A stretch of DNA of 64,000 nucleotides from the NCBI RefSeq assembly GCF_018350175.1, contig NC_058368.1, forward strand, positions 162,070,001 to 162,134,000, given 5' to 3'. The first letter of the stretch is position 1. The number at the start of each line of letters is the position of its first letter. The stretch is from Felis catus (lineage: Eukaryota). Positions 50,560 to 63,365 of this stretch are shown one piece after another. The translations under genes and the position numbers were made by a program. The notes beneath the pieces are model-generated. The model did no database searches, was not told where the DNA came from, and was given only the letters and a program-made list of their open reading frames with translations.

Positions 50560-51830
50560 GTGGACCACTGCATCTCATTTTCAACTGCACTGCCTATCCC
50601 AATCAGAGCCTTGCTATCCCTGTGTACCTTAAATTCTCTAAGACCATGCCATTATGTTTCAATATGTCAGTCATCACAAGAACTTCAGACTACCAGATCA
50701 CTTCCAGTTGTATATATGCTCTAATGCCCATAACCCTCAGCACATTCTCTAAGACCTCTTTTTCATCTCTATCCAACACCACAAATGTTTCCCTTGTGCC
50801 CTCTGGAGGTCATGCCCCATAAACAGGTAAAATCTGCTATGTTATTCACCTTTATTTTGAGTATTCCTTGACCTTTTCACTCTAAAGTGACATTGGCTCT
50901 CCACTGTGGATAATGCTTTCCCTGCAGCCCTCTCCCAACTCTGAGGGCCCTGGGCTTAGAAGCAGATAATTTGACGTTCTGTCTCTGCCTTGTCACTTCT
51001 CAAATCTTCCACTTCCTTCCATCCAAAAATTCAAGTTTTAAAACTTATCAATGCACAGCATCACTACTTTCCCTCATTGTGTTGTCATATGTAAAAGCCC
51101 AGCCATCTCCCTCATTTCACAATAAATATACCTCCTAACTCATTGCTTATATTTCAGGATTTTTCCCACTTTACTCCTTGGTAATCAGAAAAACAAATTT
51201 AGAGAATCTTTCTAACAGCCTGGCCTCTCAATCTTTTGAGCTCTTCTCTTTCACTGATACTTACTTCCAATTATTTGATCTCTTAAGTGGCATGGTCATA
51301 AACTAGACCCTGTCATTACCAGTATCTGCAATTCCTCCATCATATCAGTGTTATAAACTTGATTTACTCATTACTTCTGATGTTTAACCTCTTTCATTAC
51401 AGAACCACAAATTCTCAGTGTACCTCCTATTCATTGTTCCTATCAAGCTTCTTGAAAGTTCCTTCCTTTCTCCCTTCTCATAGTCCTTGAAACCTTCTAT
51501 CTAAAATATTTACCCAGGGTGCCTTGGTGGTTCAGTTGGTTGAGCGTCTGGCTCTTGATTTCAGCTCAGGTGATGAACTCATGGTTGTGGGATCAAGCCC
51601 TTCATCCTGCTTGAGATTCTCTCTCCTTCTGACCCTGCCCCATACATGCACACACTCTCTAAAGAAAAAAATTCTATGTCCCTTATGATCTCATGTAGTC
51701 TCATGGCTTTAAATATCATCTATGTGCTGATGATATCCACGTTTATGTTTATAGCCCACTTCTCTCTCTTGAACTACAGATTTACACTACAAAGTAAATC
51801 TAAGGAGGGCAGAAATCTCTGCCTATTTCT
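50560..51830 (+). mobile_element. L2 fragments interrupted by a SINE
   Basis: catggtcataaactagaccctgtcattacc; tctcatggctttaaatatcatctatgtgctgatga. Confidence 0.7.
51517..51670 (+). mobile_element. Older Can-SINE, internally deleted
   Basis: gggtgccttggtggttcagttggttgagcgtctggctcttgatttcagctcagg. Confidence 0.88.
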
Positions 51831-51925
51831 TACTTTGGGGATATGGTAGCTCATCAATACTTACTTGTGTGTTTACTATGTACAATTACACTAGAACACA
51901 GCTACACAAGGTAATAAGAAAGTGC

Positions 51926-52061
51926 ATCGTTCATGGCTTTGAGCCCTGTGTCTGACTCTGTGCTGAGAGTGAGAGCCTGCTTGGGATTCTCTCTGTCTGC
52001 TTGCACACATGCACATGCATGCTGTCTCTCAAAATAAATAAATCAACTTCATAAATAAATA
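51926..52061 (+). mobile_element. 5'-truncated Can-SINE
   Basis: gagcctgcttgggattctctc..tctctcaaaataaataaa. Confidence 0.85.
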
Positions 52062-53500
52062 CATTGGAAAAGCATAACTTGCATTCTCTTATGCTTATGT
52101 GAAATCTTCATGAAAACTTGGAAAATATAAGAATATTTTAACTAATGCAGTTTTACCTCAACTTAAAAATGTTTCTGTATAATAATGACCAGTCCGGTCC
52201 CAGTTTATTATATGATAGAGATGATTGCAAGAAAATTGGCTGGAATTCACTGCAAGAATCCTATGTTTTTCTCATTGTGATTTAGGAAATCACTGAGCTT
52301 TGCATCACTTTGAATGGACTGTCATTCTTCCTTCCTAACAGTGCGTGAACAGGAATAATTATTTATGATAAGTGGGCCATTCTTTAATAAAAGATTTCTC
52401 AGATGGGGGTTAAGGTAGAGAGCTCTGCTCCACTGAAGCAATCATAACTGTCCTTGGATGTCATCAACACTCAGCACAGTCTCAGTAGAAGGAGCAAAGG
52501 AATTACATTTATCAAATTTCAATTTTTTGTCTCTTTCCTGTTAAGCAAGGCAGCAAAATATTATTAACCCTCCGATATTATGTGTTAAGTAGCTTATGGT
52601 ATATCTGTTGAAAGAGAAGTTTCTAGCTTTATATTCCTAAACTTATTTGCATTTATGCTCACATTGCATATACTTTGTAATTTCAAATTAATAACTTTTC
52701 AAAATTTCCAGCTTTGCTTTTCTATAGAAGTATCAACTAAAGATGTCTATGATGAACTTTCAGGCTATATACTGATCAGGTTTTATTTGCTAAAGTAAAA
52801 TATTACCCAAATTTGAAAAATAGAAAATATTTAAAAAATACTAATTATGCCAATATTAGACTTTTGTAACATGTAAATTTACTTTTAAACTGAATTTCTA
52901 AAGCATTATAATTGTAAATTTACAAGATTTTCTTCATTCAGCTTCAGACATATTCAGAATTTTTTTTGAAGGTTAGAACTAGATTCTTCTCATTTTCTTC
53001 TTCTCTGTTATTTTGTAATTTTTGTGTTTGTTCATAAGACTCAGGAATGCTATATTCAAAGATTCAAATAATTCTGAAGTTGAACTAACTGGCCAGTGCT
53101 AGATTCAATATTAGAACCAGAGAGACTGGGTGTAGAGTCATTTTTTGTACCATCTGATCATGCAGCCTTCTTATTTGACACCTTTAAAGGAAACTTCTGG
53201 TTAAGTTTTTAGAGGAATTAATATGCCAGACCGAGAAAGGGGGATATCTTAGAGGAATTTATCCTCATAATAGCAAGATATTTTAAATTACTACTTGGTT
53301 TACTTGAGTTTTTCCTTGTTATACCATATATGGGTATTTTATTTTTTATTTCTGTATAAATTTAACATTCTAACAATTAATTTTACATATTATCAATTTT
53401 AATTTTACAGTAATAGTTTATTGTGACTAGGGAAACAAAGGTATATTTTGAAAAATTAATACCCCATCACACAGACTTTTATTAAAAATCTCCTGGTGTA

Positions 53501-53730
53501 GGGGAGACTGGGTGGTAGAGTTGGTTGAGAGCTGACTCTTGATCTTGACTCAAGTCATGAGTCACGGTTCATGGGTCCGAGCTCGCATCAGGCTCTGGGC
53601 TCTGTCACGGAGCCTGCTTGGGATTCTGTCTCTCCTTTTCTTTCTGCCCCTCACCCACTTGTGTGCTCTCTTTCAATAAATAAATAAATAAATAAACAAA
53701 CAAACAAACAAACTAAAAAATTTTAAAAAA
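53501..53730 (+). mobile_element. Can-SINE
   Basis: (TAAA)n(CAAA)n tail; flanked by ctggtgta on both sides. Confidence 0.93.
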
Positions 53731-53859
53731 ATAATCTGGTGTAATGAAGATCAACAACTTAGTGAAACCTTCAAGTCTTTCAACAGATCACAAATTATGC
53801 ACAGCAAAGATAATTTTGTCATAGTTTACACATTCCTTTGGACGTGATTTTCTCAATTA

Positions 53860-55650
53860 GCATTATGAATGGATATTTCTTCATTTAAATAGATTCAAAT
53901 AATTGTTACGTCAGGCATGTATTGAAATCTCTTCAACTATAGCCTAGACATTATAAAGTCCGATTTTTTCAAGATCTTTGCCAGGGTAGTAACTCCTGGA
54001 ATAAATATTTCTATACACATATCTTTACATGTTGGTGGCACCTCTTCTAAAATAGAGATTCCCATGTACTTACCACTACTAACTGAAAGGATATATACAT
54101 TTAATGTTAATATATACTGTCAGATTATTCATAATAAAAAAGTTATAGGAACATACATCTCACCAGACATATATGTAATTGTTTTCAAGGTCCTCAAAAG
54201 CATAAGATATATTTTCACTCTTATTTCATACTTACATTTTTTATGATCTGATTTTAAAAGCTTTTTTTCAATCTTTACTTTTATTTTCCTTACCACAAGT
54301 AAAATACAGTATATTCCATATCCTTATAACAATGTGTATTTTCCTTTTTATGAATTTTATAATATGCATTTTATTTTTCTGTTAAATCCTTTATTGCTTT
54401 TTTTTTGGTTTAAGAGTTCTTTATATGTGAGGGATATGAGCTCTTTTTTGATATTTATGTTGCAAAGTTTTTGAAGTCTACTATTGATCTATTGACTTCA
54501 TGATATATGGTATCTATTCAGATACAAGAATATTATTTGGACACACTAACCTGTTTTCCAAAACACTCTTTCTAAAATAAATTAGAAAACTGAAAAAAGT
54601 ATGTCAAATAAATGATTTTAGAAGTTGGACACCATGATGCCATGATCACTCAGAGGGAATAAAAATGAGGAGAGCCCTGAGAATACACAGGCTTTCTACC
54701 AGGGTTTGGGGGTAGGGGGGATGGCTTAAAGAGATCTTGGTATTCTCATCAATTGAGGAAACTTTGAGATTGAGGTGGCTGGAATTTGTAGGGCTGGCAG
54801 TCAGAGGAGGAAGTTAATCTTAGAAAGATATGCAGAAATTTACATAGAGGACTTTTAAATACTTGGCCCAATCCTAAAATTTGCATGAGTAGGGTCAGAT
54901 TCTGTGAGGCCAGGCAAACAATGACCGGTGAGTAAAGTACTACTTAGGAAGTTATGAGTTAACCAATTCTCATAACTAATGCAGGCATTGAATATTTCCA
55001 GGCAAAGTGGAAGATTTCTGGTTGAAAATATGGGCATTCAGTAGAGACCTAAGGTGTAGAAATAAATTAGCCTATATCCAGCCACAATATTATTCAAAAT
55101 TAAAGGTGAAATGTACTTTCATATGTATATCTTTTTATGTTTGGTTGTAGTGTCTTTATCCTTTTCTTTAAAAGTTCATTTTATTTTATTGTTATTATTA
55201 ACTTAAAAAATGTTAATGTATTTATTTTGAGAGAGAAAAAAACACAAGTTGGGGAGGGGCAGAAAGAGAAGGAGAGAGAGAATCCCAAGCAGGCTCCATC
55301 CCAACCTGGGGCTTGATCTCACCACCAAAAGACTATGACCTGAGCTGATATCAAGAGTCAGTAGCTTAACTGACTGAGCCACCCAGGCACCTCTTATTTT
55401 AACTTTCAATTATTTAATCTCCCTGGATTTACATTGGGATATAACATGAGTTAGTAAGATAAAAGTTTTTTTTTTTTCTTTGCCGTTTCTCAGAGAAATA
55501 GATATGGTATCCCAGTTATTAAACTATCTTTTTCTCATTACATTGCAGAACAATCTATTTCTGTTAAATCATATATACTTGCGATATCTATTTATTGAAA
55601 CTTAAATGTGTTTTACAGATTTATTTTTACTTTTCATGATGTTTGATCTT
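53860..55650. mobile_element. Patchwork of very old L1M fragments (antisense ORF2/3' pieces around a sense 5'-like piece at ~54540-55110)
   Basis: taagagttctttatatg..tatgttgcaaa..; weak overall similarity. Confidence 0.45.
55205..55393 (-). mobile_element. Can-SINE
   Basis: gagaatcccaagcaggctcca..gactgagccacccaggcacc. Confidence 0.92.
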
Positions 55651-55971
55651 ATAATTCCAAGGATCACTTTTTATTATATTAATTGCTTAGAAAGAAAGAA
55701 AGAGATTGGATAAATCAATAATAATATCAGCATGGTGGACATTTAGCAAATGTCCTTTAATGTGTTTATTAACTAAAAGAACTTCAATAGTCAATGGCTA
55801 AAAATAGTTTTCTGTCTGGAACATCATGTATGGGACAATGCTTATATGATATGAATTTTAAGCAAGCAACTCTTTCTGTAGTTTCTCTGGAATAGGACAT
55901 CTAAATCCAGTGGTTTGCTAAAGTTGATTGGGTAGGGTAGTTAAACGAATGACTAGGGTTAGAAATCTTGT
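55651..55971 (+). repeat. Dispersed duplication, copy 2 (partner 47603-47899)
   Basis: As copy 1, with four extra 5-10 bp blocks. Confidence 0.95.
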
Positions 55972-56004
55972 AGAAGCCATTCATTTTTAAAGATTTCATG
56001 GATA

Positions 56005-56460
56005 GGAGTGTCTTGGTGGCTCAGGGGGTTGACCATTCAGCTCTTAATTTTAGTTCAAGTCATGATCCTGAGGTCATGGGATCTAGTCTTGTGTTGGGCT
56101 CCACACTGAGTGTGGAGCCTACTTAAGATTCTTTCTTTTTCTTTGTCCCTCTCCCCCATCCTCTCTCTCTCTCTCTTTCTGTCTAAAACTTAAAAAAATA
56201 AGAAGTATGGGGGTTCTGGGTGGCTCAGTCAGTTGAGCTTCTGACTCCTGATTTTGGCTCAGGTCATCATCTCAAGGTTGGTGGGATCAAGCCCCACACT
56301 GGGCTCTGCACTGACAATGTGGAGTTTGCTTGGCATTCTCTCCCTCCCTTTCTCTCTGCCCTTCCCTGCTTGCTCGCTCTCTCTCTCTCTCTCTCTCTAA
56401 AAATAAATAAATTAAAAAAATAAAAGAATAAAAGTATAAAAATATAAAATAAATAAAAAT
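56005..56460 (+). mobile_element. Older Can-SINE whose A-tail contains a second SINE
   Basis: Outer TSD aaagatttcatggata (55989-56004) / aaaaatttcatggata (56461-56476). Confidence 0.9.
56209..56426 (+). mobile_element. Can-SINE nested in the tail of the preceding SINE
   Basis: TSD-like aataagaagtat / aataaaagtat. Confidence 0.9.
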
Positions 56461-56675
56461 AAAAATTTCATGGATATTGGACATGAGTTCAAAAGAATAT
56501 GACTATTTCAAAAGGGGAAAAGAATAACAACAACAAAAAAATAAAACAGCAAAATTACCTTTTATGATTCTGGGTGCAACTGCAAATAATATATTTTGAA
56601 CAACTGAAATATTTATGATCTTCCTATAGAAGAATCAGAGCACTAATTTTCATTATTTCAAGTCTTACTTTATAT

Positions 56676-56677
<2 letters not shown>

Positions 56678-56710
<33 letters not shown>
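56678..56710. repeat. (CA)n microsatellite followed by TA-rich low-complexity DNA
   Basis: Direct read. Confidence 0.95.
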
Positions 56711-56711
<1 letters not shown>

Positions 56712-56930
56712 TATATGTGTTTCCTGTTTTATATACTATAGATATAAAAATTATATATACTATACATATATAATATTTCCTTATAAACTTACTATATACA
56801 ATAAAAATTTTAATATATAAATTATAACAGATATCTGATGTTTTATACATATACATATGTATAGATAGATACGGATATTTCCTGTTAAATATTGTTAGAT
56901 ATTACATATTTTTGAAATATTTATGAATGG

Positions 56931-57446
56931 TGCATCAGTTAACTATTGATGCTGATCAACAGAATACCTCAAAATTCAGCTGATTACAAAAAGAACAAAC
57001 TTTTACCAACTCATGATTCAGAAAGCCAACAGTTAAGGTTAGGTTCAGCTTGTCCTTTTAGTATCAGTGGCTCTACCTCATATATCTGCCGTCAGCAGCT
57101 GTTTGGTTTGTCCTCTCTGTTTCTGGGTGTTTACTAACAGTGAGCAGGGGTGCAATTACTCACTCTTTTAAAGGTTAGCCTGCTCTCATGAAGGAAGTTG
57201 GATTCAAAGATAAGAAATGAAAACACAAGTCTTCTCCATGCCTAGAATTAAACTGGCTAATGTCAGTTTCTCACTTTATTCACTTGGTAAAAGTAAGTTG
57301 CACAGGCATGGCATTTGCAAGGAATGAGGAAAGAGTGGAGACTATGGCTGATTCTCTTCTTGGGAGAACCTGCAAAGTCACATTGCAAAACACATACATA
57401 TAAGGAGACCATTGATTGGGGCTGTTGCAGCAATCAATGTAGCACA
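56931..57446 (-). mobile_element. MLT1-type MaLR solo LTR
   Basis: tgcatcagttaactattgatgc..ctcatgattc..gagaacctgcaaagtcacattgcaaa..agcaca. Confidence 0.7.
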
Positions 57447-57863
57447 AAAGTGATATTTGGTACTTGTGTTTTCAAATGGTTATTATAAAAACAGACACAT
57501 CTCATATACTTAATTTTTGTAGATATTTTAGAATTGTATATTAGGCTTTTGAGATATTTGGGTATATCATCTAGAAATGCATATAATTTGGTCCATTATT
57601 TTACATATTACATATATCCCAGAAGTTGCAAAACATAGTGAAAAAAAGCAATGATAGGTTTCCTTAACTTGTTCCTTAGGAATTCAATGGATTAAATGAG
57701 AAATATGTATTTTTTTTTGGTTGTACTTCCCTTCTACCTAATTTCTAGGTAACAAAAAGGATTCACCTTAATAACTAAAAGATTATAGATCACTATGTAC
57801 ATTATGACTACCTACAACATGCTGAAAATAGTTCTTTTTTTCTTTCAAATTATACTTCAATAG

Positions 57864-58966
57864 TGTACTTTATCATTTAGGTTTCCAACAAGAAACATAA
57901 AACACACTGAATAAGCCAAGAGAATTTATTACAAAAATTTAGAGACCAACAGGAGTCATGTAGAAACCTTGAATTCGTAGTAGACAAACATTTACTACCC
58001 CAGGCTTGTGGTAGATTAGGTTTTCTTCATATGTCCATAGCAGTATCTGTGGTCTTATTTATACTTTCAGAATCTTGCCACCCCCCCTCCCAATTAAGAG
58101 TTAGGGCATATTTTCCCTCTTTTCAAAGCTGGACAGACTTTGTGATACCTCAGTAGCAGAATGGGGTGGAAGTGATGCTATAAGACTTCTGAGGCACAAC
58201 CCCAGTCTAGCTTTTTAGGCTAAATCTAAAAGGCAATAGGACTTCTGTCTAGTTTTGGTCTCTCTCTGTCACTGTCTCTGCATGTATGTTTCTTTTTCAC
58301 AAGCAAGATACATATTGAATCCAGTCACCATAATATGAGGAAGTTTAGCTATTTGGAAGATTCCAATAAGGTATTCCAGTGTATAGCTGAAGTTCCAACT
58401 GATAGCCAGCTTTAAATACCAGTCATAAGACTTGTTCTAGTCTGCAGAAAATTCCAGTCCATGGTCATTTCATCTTTTAATTTTCATCAGAGGTCTCAAA
58501 CATTGTGAAACAGAGACAACCTGACCCTGCTCTGCTTTGTCTAGATTGCTGACCCATAGAATCTGTGAATATAATAAATGGTTATTTTACCCCACTGAGT
58601 TTGGAGGTAATCCAAAATGCAACTAAATAAGATCAAGAGACAAAGGGAAAGACAGATACTAGAACCAGAGAAAGGAGAGAGAATTAGATAGGGTCTTCCA
58701 TATTGAAAAAAATCAGTAAACTTTGTTGGAAGGTAATAGGCAGCTCCAGGGAAACATGCTGGGAGTCAAAGGAACAAACAGCCTGACCTCATTCTTCACT
58801 ATCTCTTCTTCCAGTTTCTTATGGGACTCAATATTTTTTGAGCTCAGCCTGAAGACAAAGGCCCTATTGATGTGATTTATATATCTCAGTTTCCTGGGCT
58901 GACGATGGAATAGAAAAGTGTGCAGTGTATATCATGAAGGCACAAATGAATGATTTCATGTATCAC
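57864..58966 (-). mobile_element. LTR33-like ERVL LTR interrupted by an MLT1 LTR
   Basis: aaggccctattgatgtg..tcagtttcctggg..gaaggcacaaatgaa..atcaca resembles the recalled LTR33 end; left piece 57864-58006. Confidence 0.55.
58007..58642 (+). mobile_element. MLT1F/G-like MaLR solo LTR
   Basis: tgtggtagatt start; cagaatggggtggaagtgatgcta; ctgacccatagaatctgtga..aataaatggttatttta..ccactgagtttggaggtaat. Confidence 0.8.
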
Positions 58967-60509
58967 ACACAACTTTCCAAATGACTTTCCTTGAAGTAAA
59001 ACAGTCTAAAAGCAGGCATAACAAATACTATTTATTGTGAATGGAAAACTTCTCTACTGCATTGATATTTATGCTGGTATTCTGAGATCAGGGAATAAAG
59101 GATAAACTAAATGTATTCTCTGAGTTCATGGGAATAAGAAGCCCCTTACTAGAAAAAGCACTGAAACAATTTAGGGTGATCAAATACCAAAAATTAGCCT
59201 CTTTTCTACTTCAGTTTGTTTTTACTAGGAATTTATGAAGAAATTAAAAAAGACAATTAGAATTTATATTGCTCTATTAATATGGGGAGCAGTGTAAACT
59301 AGCAAATATGGTTAGGAATCAGAGGTATTAATATTAGTAGGGCCAGCATCAATGCTATTTTATGGGCCACATAAAACTATTTTATTGGAAATATTTTTCA
59401 ATGCTGTTATATGCATTGAAAGTTATGCAATAATTCAGTAATAGCTCCTAGGAAGAAGCATGTATTCTATAGCTATCGGCCCACCTTTTGTGTCCTTTTG
59501 TTCTCCCCACGGTTTATAATAGTATGAAGATCATCTTACACAAATGTTTGCAGTGTCAATAATTCAATATTCTATGTTGACTGGTTAGCAAAGAACCAAT
59601 GTATGCCATCTGTTCTGATTGGTTCAAAGTAGAAGAAGATAGTAATTATTATCCATTTAAACAAATAATAACTACTATCTTCTTGACATAGCTGGGATTG
59701 CCTTTGTATTGTCTTTTATTTCTATTTTTCCTCCTCCAACCCCACACAAACATTATACACATAAACACATAGAAATGGCAATGACTATTAATTTCAAATC
59801 CCATCATAAGATGATGTAGCAATTTAGTAATATTTCTGAAATATATTTTTGTTTTTATTAGCCAATGTATTTTAACTACTTTTTTAGAATAACTATGTAG
59901 TATCTATTTTATGGATGTGTCACAATGTAAACCAGTAACTCTTTGCTCAATTGGACATTAATTAGAAATGATCTTTATATAAATATATCTATTATCAAAA
60001 TGTAGAATGCAGGCTCATATAACTGATATTTAACAACAAAAATACAGAACTAAAACAATGTCCTAGTAGAGTTACAAGCCTACAAGTTCTATCTCTAATA
60101 CAAAGAATATTAAGTCATATTTTATATTCAGGGATATATCTTATGAATATAATACAATATTCACACGTGATGTCTTGACCAAAATTGCCCATATCCAACT
60201 TGCCTCATAAACAGTTTTTTTCTGAATTTCCTGAATTAAAAATGTCATAGTTTAATAAATAACCTCATATAATATTAGTAAATAAAGTCAAGCAATATAT
60301 AATAAACATAATGCCATGAGCAAGTAGTTTATTTTAGGAATAAAAAATAGGCTTTACCTAGGAAAATTAACTGCAATTTACCACATGAAGGAGTTCAAGG
60401 AGAAAACAATTATCATTTCATTAAATACAGAAAAAAATTTTTGACAAAATAAAAACTATAATAAAAAAAAAAGACAAATTCTGAGTATCTAATAGTGAAA
60501 GATCGAGTA

Positions 60510-60841
60510 CTTACACCTTGAACAATGTGGTGGTGATGTGTGCTGACAGACCTGCACAGTCAAAAATCCATGTATAACTTTTACTTCCCCAAAACTTAAT
60601 TACTAATAGCCTTCTGTTGACTGGAGACCTTTCCGATAGGATAAGTAATTAACACATATTTTGTATATGTATATTGTATATTGTAGTCATATAATAATGT
60701 AAGCTAGAGAAAAGAAAATGTTATTAAGAAAAATATAAGGAAGAGAAAATACATTTACAATACTGTACTGTATTTAACAAAAAACATCTGCATGTAAGTG
60801 GACCTGCCCAGTTCAAGCCTGTGTTGTTCAAGGGTCAACTG
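60510..60841 (-). mobile_element. Tigger2a-like (TcMar-Tigger) non-autonomous DNA transposon
   Basis: TIRs ccttgaacaa / ttgttcaagggtcaactg, TA on both flanks. Confidence 0.88.
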
Positions 60842-61217
60842 TACTATGAGGAATTAAGACAATGTCTCCTCTTATCACTTCTACTTATCATTGTATTGGG
60901 AATGGTAGCCATTGCAATAAGACATTAGAAAGGAATAACAGGCATTAAGATTGGGAAGGAAGAAGAAAAACTGACTTTATTTACAGAGGATATGTTTTTG
61001 ATAATAGATGATCATGAAGAACTTACCAAAATATCTATTAGAGCTGGTAAGTGAACTTAGCAATGTTACAGAATGCCAGAATATCAAGAGAGTATTCAAA
61101 GATTAATTGTCTATCTATATATTGGCAATGAAAAATTAAAAAATGAAATAAAAATACCATTTATGATAGTCTCCAAAATACTAAATATTTAGAAACTTTA
61201 AGGAAGGATTTTTTTTT

Positions 61218-61430
61218 AATTTTTTTTCAACGTTTATTTATTTTTGGGACAGAGAGAGACAGAGCATGAACGGGGGAGGGGCAGAGAGAGAGGGAGACAC
61301 AGAATCGGAAACAGGCTCCAGGCTCTGAGCCATCAGCCCAGAGCCTGACGCGGGGCTCAAACTCCCGGACCGCGAGATCGTGACCTGGCTGAAGTCGGAC
61401 GCTTAACCGACTGCGCCACCCAGGCGCCCC
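61218..61430 (-). mobile_element. Very young SINEC_Fc
   Basis: CpGs retained; perfect TSD aaggaaggattttttttt. Confidence 0.97.
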
Positions 61431-62535
61431 AAGGAAGGATTTTTTTTTAAATCTAAGTTGGGAAAATAAGGAATATATATGGAGGGGGCTAGGACTATGA
61501 AATGAACTTTAAAGAATGATAGAATAGATACTATAAGAGGAGAATACGGAATAAACAAAGAAATTGACATTGGAAAGCATGGGGTATATTCAAAAGCATG
61601 TACATAATCACAAAGACATATGCACAAAAATCAATTTGGTAATTGTCTTTAAAACTATTATGATTCTAGAAGAAAACTTAGAATATCTTTGCAAGTGTAG
61701 GGAAGATGAATATTTCTTAGAAATCAGAAAGGAAGAGCCATAAAACAAAAGAAAATTTGATGCAATGTACATCAATATAATGACATTTTCAATTCATCAG
61801 AAGATGTGATTGGAAACATAAATAGACTGGGAGGAAAAAATCTGTAACACATATATATGTGACAAAATACTTGTATCCATATAAAAATGTATTACAAATC
61901 CATATAAAAGAGAAAAACAACTCAATAGAAGGATGGACAAACTATTTGAACCAACACTTGAGACAGAAAATATATTAGGGTCTAATAAGTATATGAAAAA
62001 GTGCTTCATGTCAATCACCTGTAAAATGAAAATTATATCCACCATGAAATACAAATAAATATAAAAAGAAAGTGAAACTATTAAAGTTGGAGAGAATATG
62101 GAACTACCAAATCTCTCATGTGTTATTGGGAGAAATAGAAATGTGGTTTAATGCCTTTGGAAAACTGGTATTTTCTTTATTTAAACATAACACTCTGTAA
62201 TCCAGCAGTTCCGCTCTGAGGATTTTTATTTAAAATAAATAAAAATGTATGGACTCAAGAACCTTGAGAATAATATTCATAGTAGCTTTATTCATAGTAA
62301 CAAAACAAAAAACTGAAAATAATCCCAATATTCACCAACAGGAGAATGGATTAACACACTGTGTTATAATTACTCCCAGTGATTAAAAAAAGGGACAAAT
62401 TACTGATATGTACAATGACAGGAGGAATAGTCAAAAATATTTTGAATGAAAGGAGCCAGTCAGCCAAATGGATATACTAAACTGTATGATTTCATTAATA
62501 TAGAATCCAAGATTATGCAAAACTAATCTGTTGGG

Positions 62536-62760
62536 TTTTTTTTAATTTTTTTTAACGTTTATTTATTTTTGAGACAGAGAGAGACACAGCATGAACAGGG
62601 GAGGGGCAGAGAGAGAGGGAGACATAGAATTGGAAGCAGGCTCCAGGCTCTGAGCCATCAGCCCAGAGCCCGACACGGGGCTCGAACTCGCAGACCATGA
62701 GATCGTGACCTGAGCTGAAATCGGACGGCCGCTTAACCGACTGAGCCACCCAGGCGCCCC
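62536..62760 (-). mobile_element. SINEC_Fc
   Basis: TSD actaatct on both sides. Confidence 0.95.
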
Positions 62761-63186
62761 ACTAATCTCTGTTAATAAAGATCAGATCAGTTGTTGGTCT
62801 GGTTGGGGGAAAGGGCATGAGAGAATGTTCTGGTATGATGGAAACATTCTTTGTCTTAATATGAATTTGCCAAAACTTGATTGAAAGTTACCCATAAGAG
62901 CTGAGAATTTCACTAAACATAAAATATATTCCCACCAAAGAAAAATTAAAAGAAAAAAATGCAACATGATTAAAAATACAAAGAAAATAAGTACTTAAAA
63001 CTCCACTTAAACAGAGCTTTAACATCATTTGACAAATACTTTTATTTAAACATTTTTTAAACATCTATACCAAATTCTTTCTTAACCTAAGCTAAATCAT
63101 TGGGATAACTATACTTGGTAGAGGCAGTAAGGTCATGGGGATTTTTTTTTTTTTTTTGGTTAAATGAATGTGCTTTGATTTATTAC

Positions 63187-63188
<2 letters not shown>

Positions 63189-63238
<50 letters not shown>

Positions 63239-63365
63239 GGGGTGGGGTGTGAGTACTTAAGTAGGCTTCACCCCTGCACTGAGCCCAACACGGGGCTTGA
63301 ATTCATGACCCTGAGATCAAGACCTGAGCTGAGTTAAGGAGTACGACTAAGCGACCCAGGAGCCC
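63189..63365 (-). mobile_element. Can-SINE whose 3' end is a (CA)n microsatellite
   Basis: Perfect 14-bp TSD ttgatttattactt (63175-63188, 63366-63379) encloses (TG)n plus the SINE body. Confidence 0.9.

Larger units (their letters stand above)
60250..62975 (+). mobile_element. Old L1M(C/D/E) ORF2-3'UTR fragments interrupted by a Tigger and two SINEs
   Basis: RT-like GIKIGKEEEKLTLFTEDM at ~60941-60994; 3'UTR atcagttgttggtctgg..ttctggtatgatggaaacattct. Confidence 0.75.

Noticed and set aside
6786..63365. tRNA-like A/B-box sequences
   Set aside because: All are Can-SINE heads, not tRNA genes.
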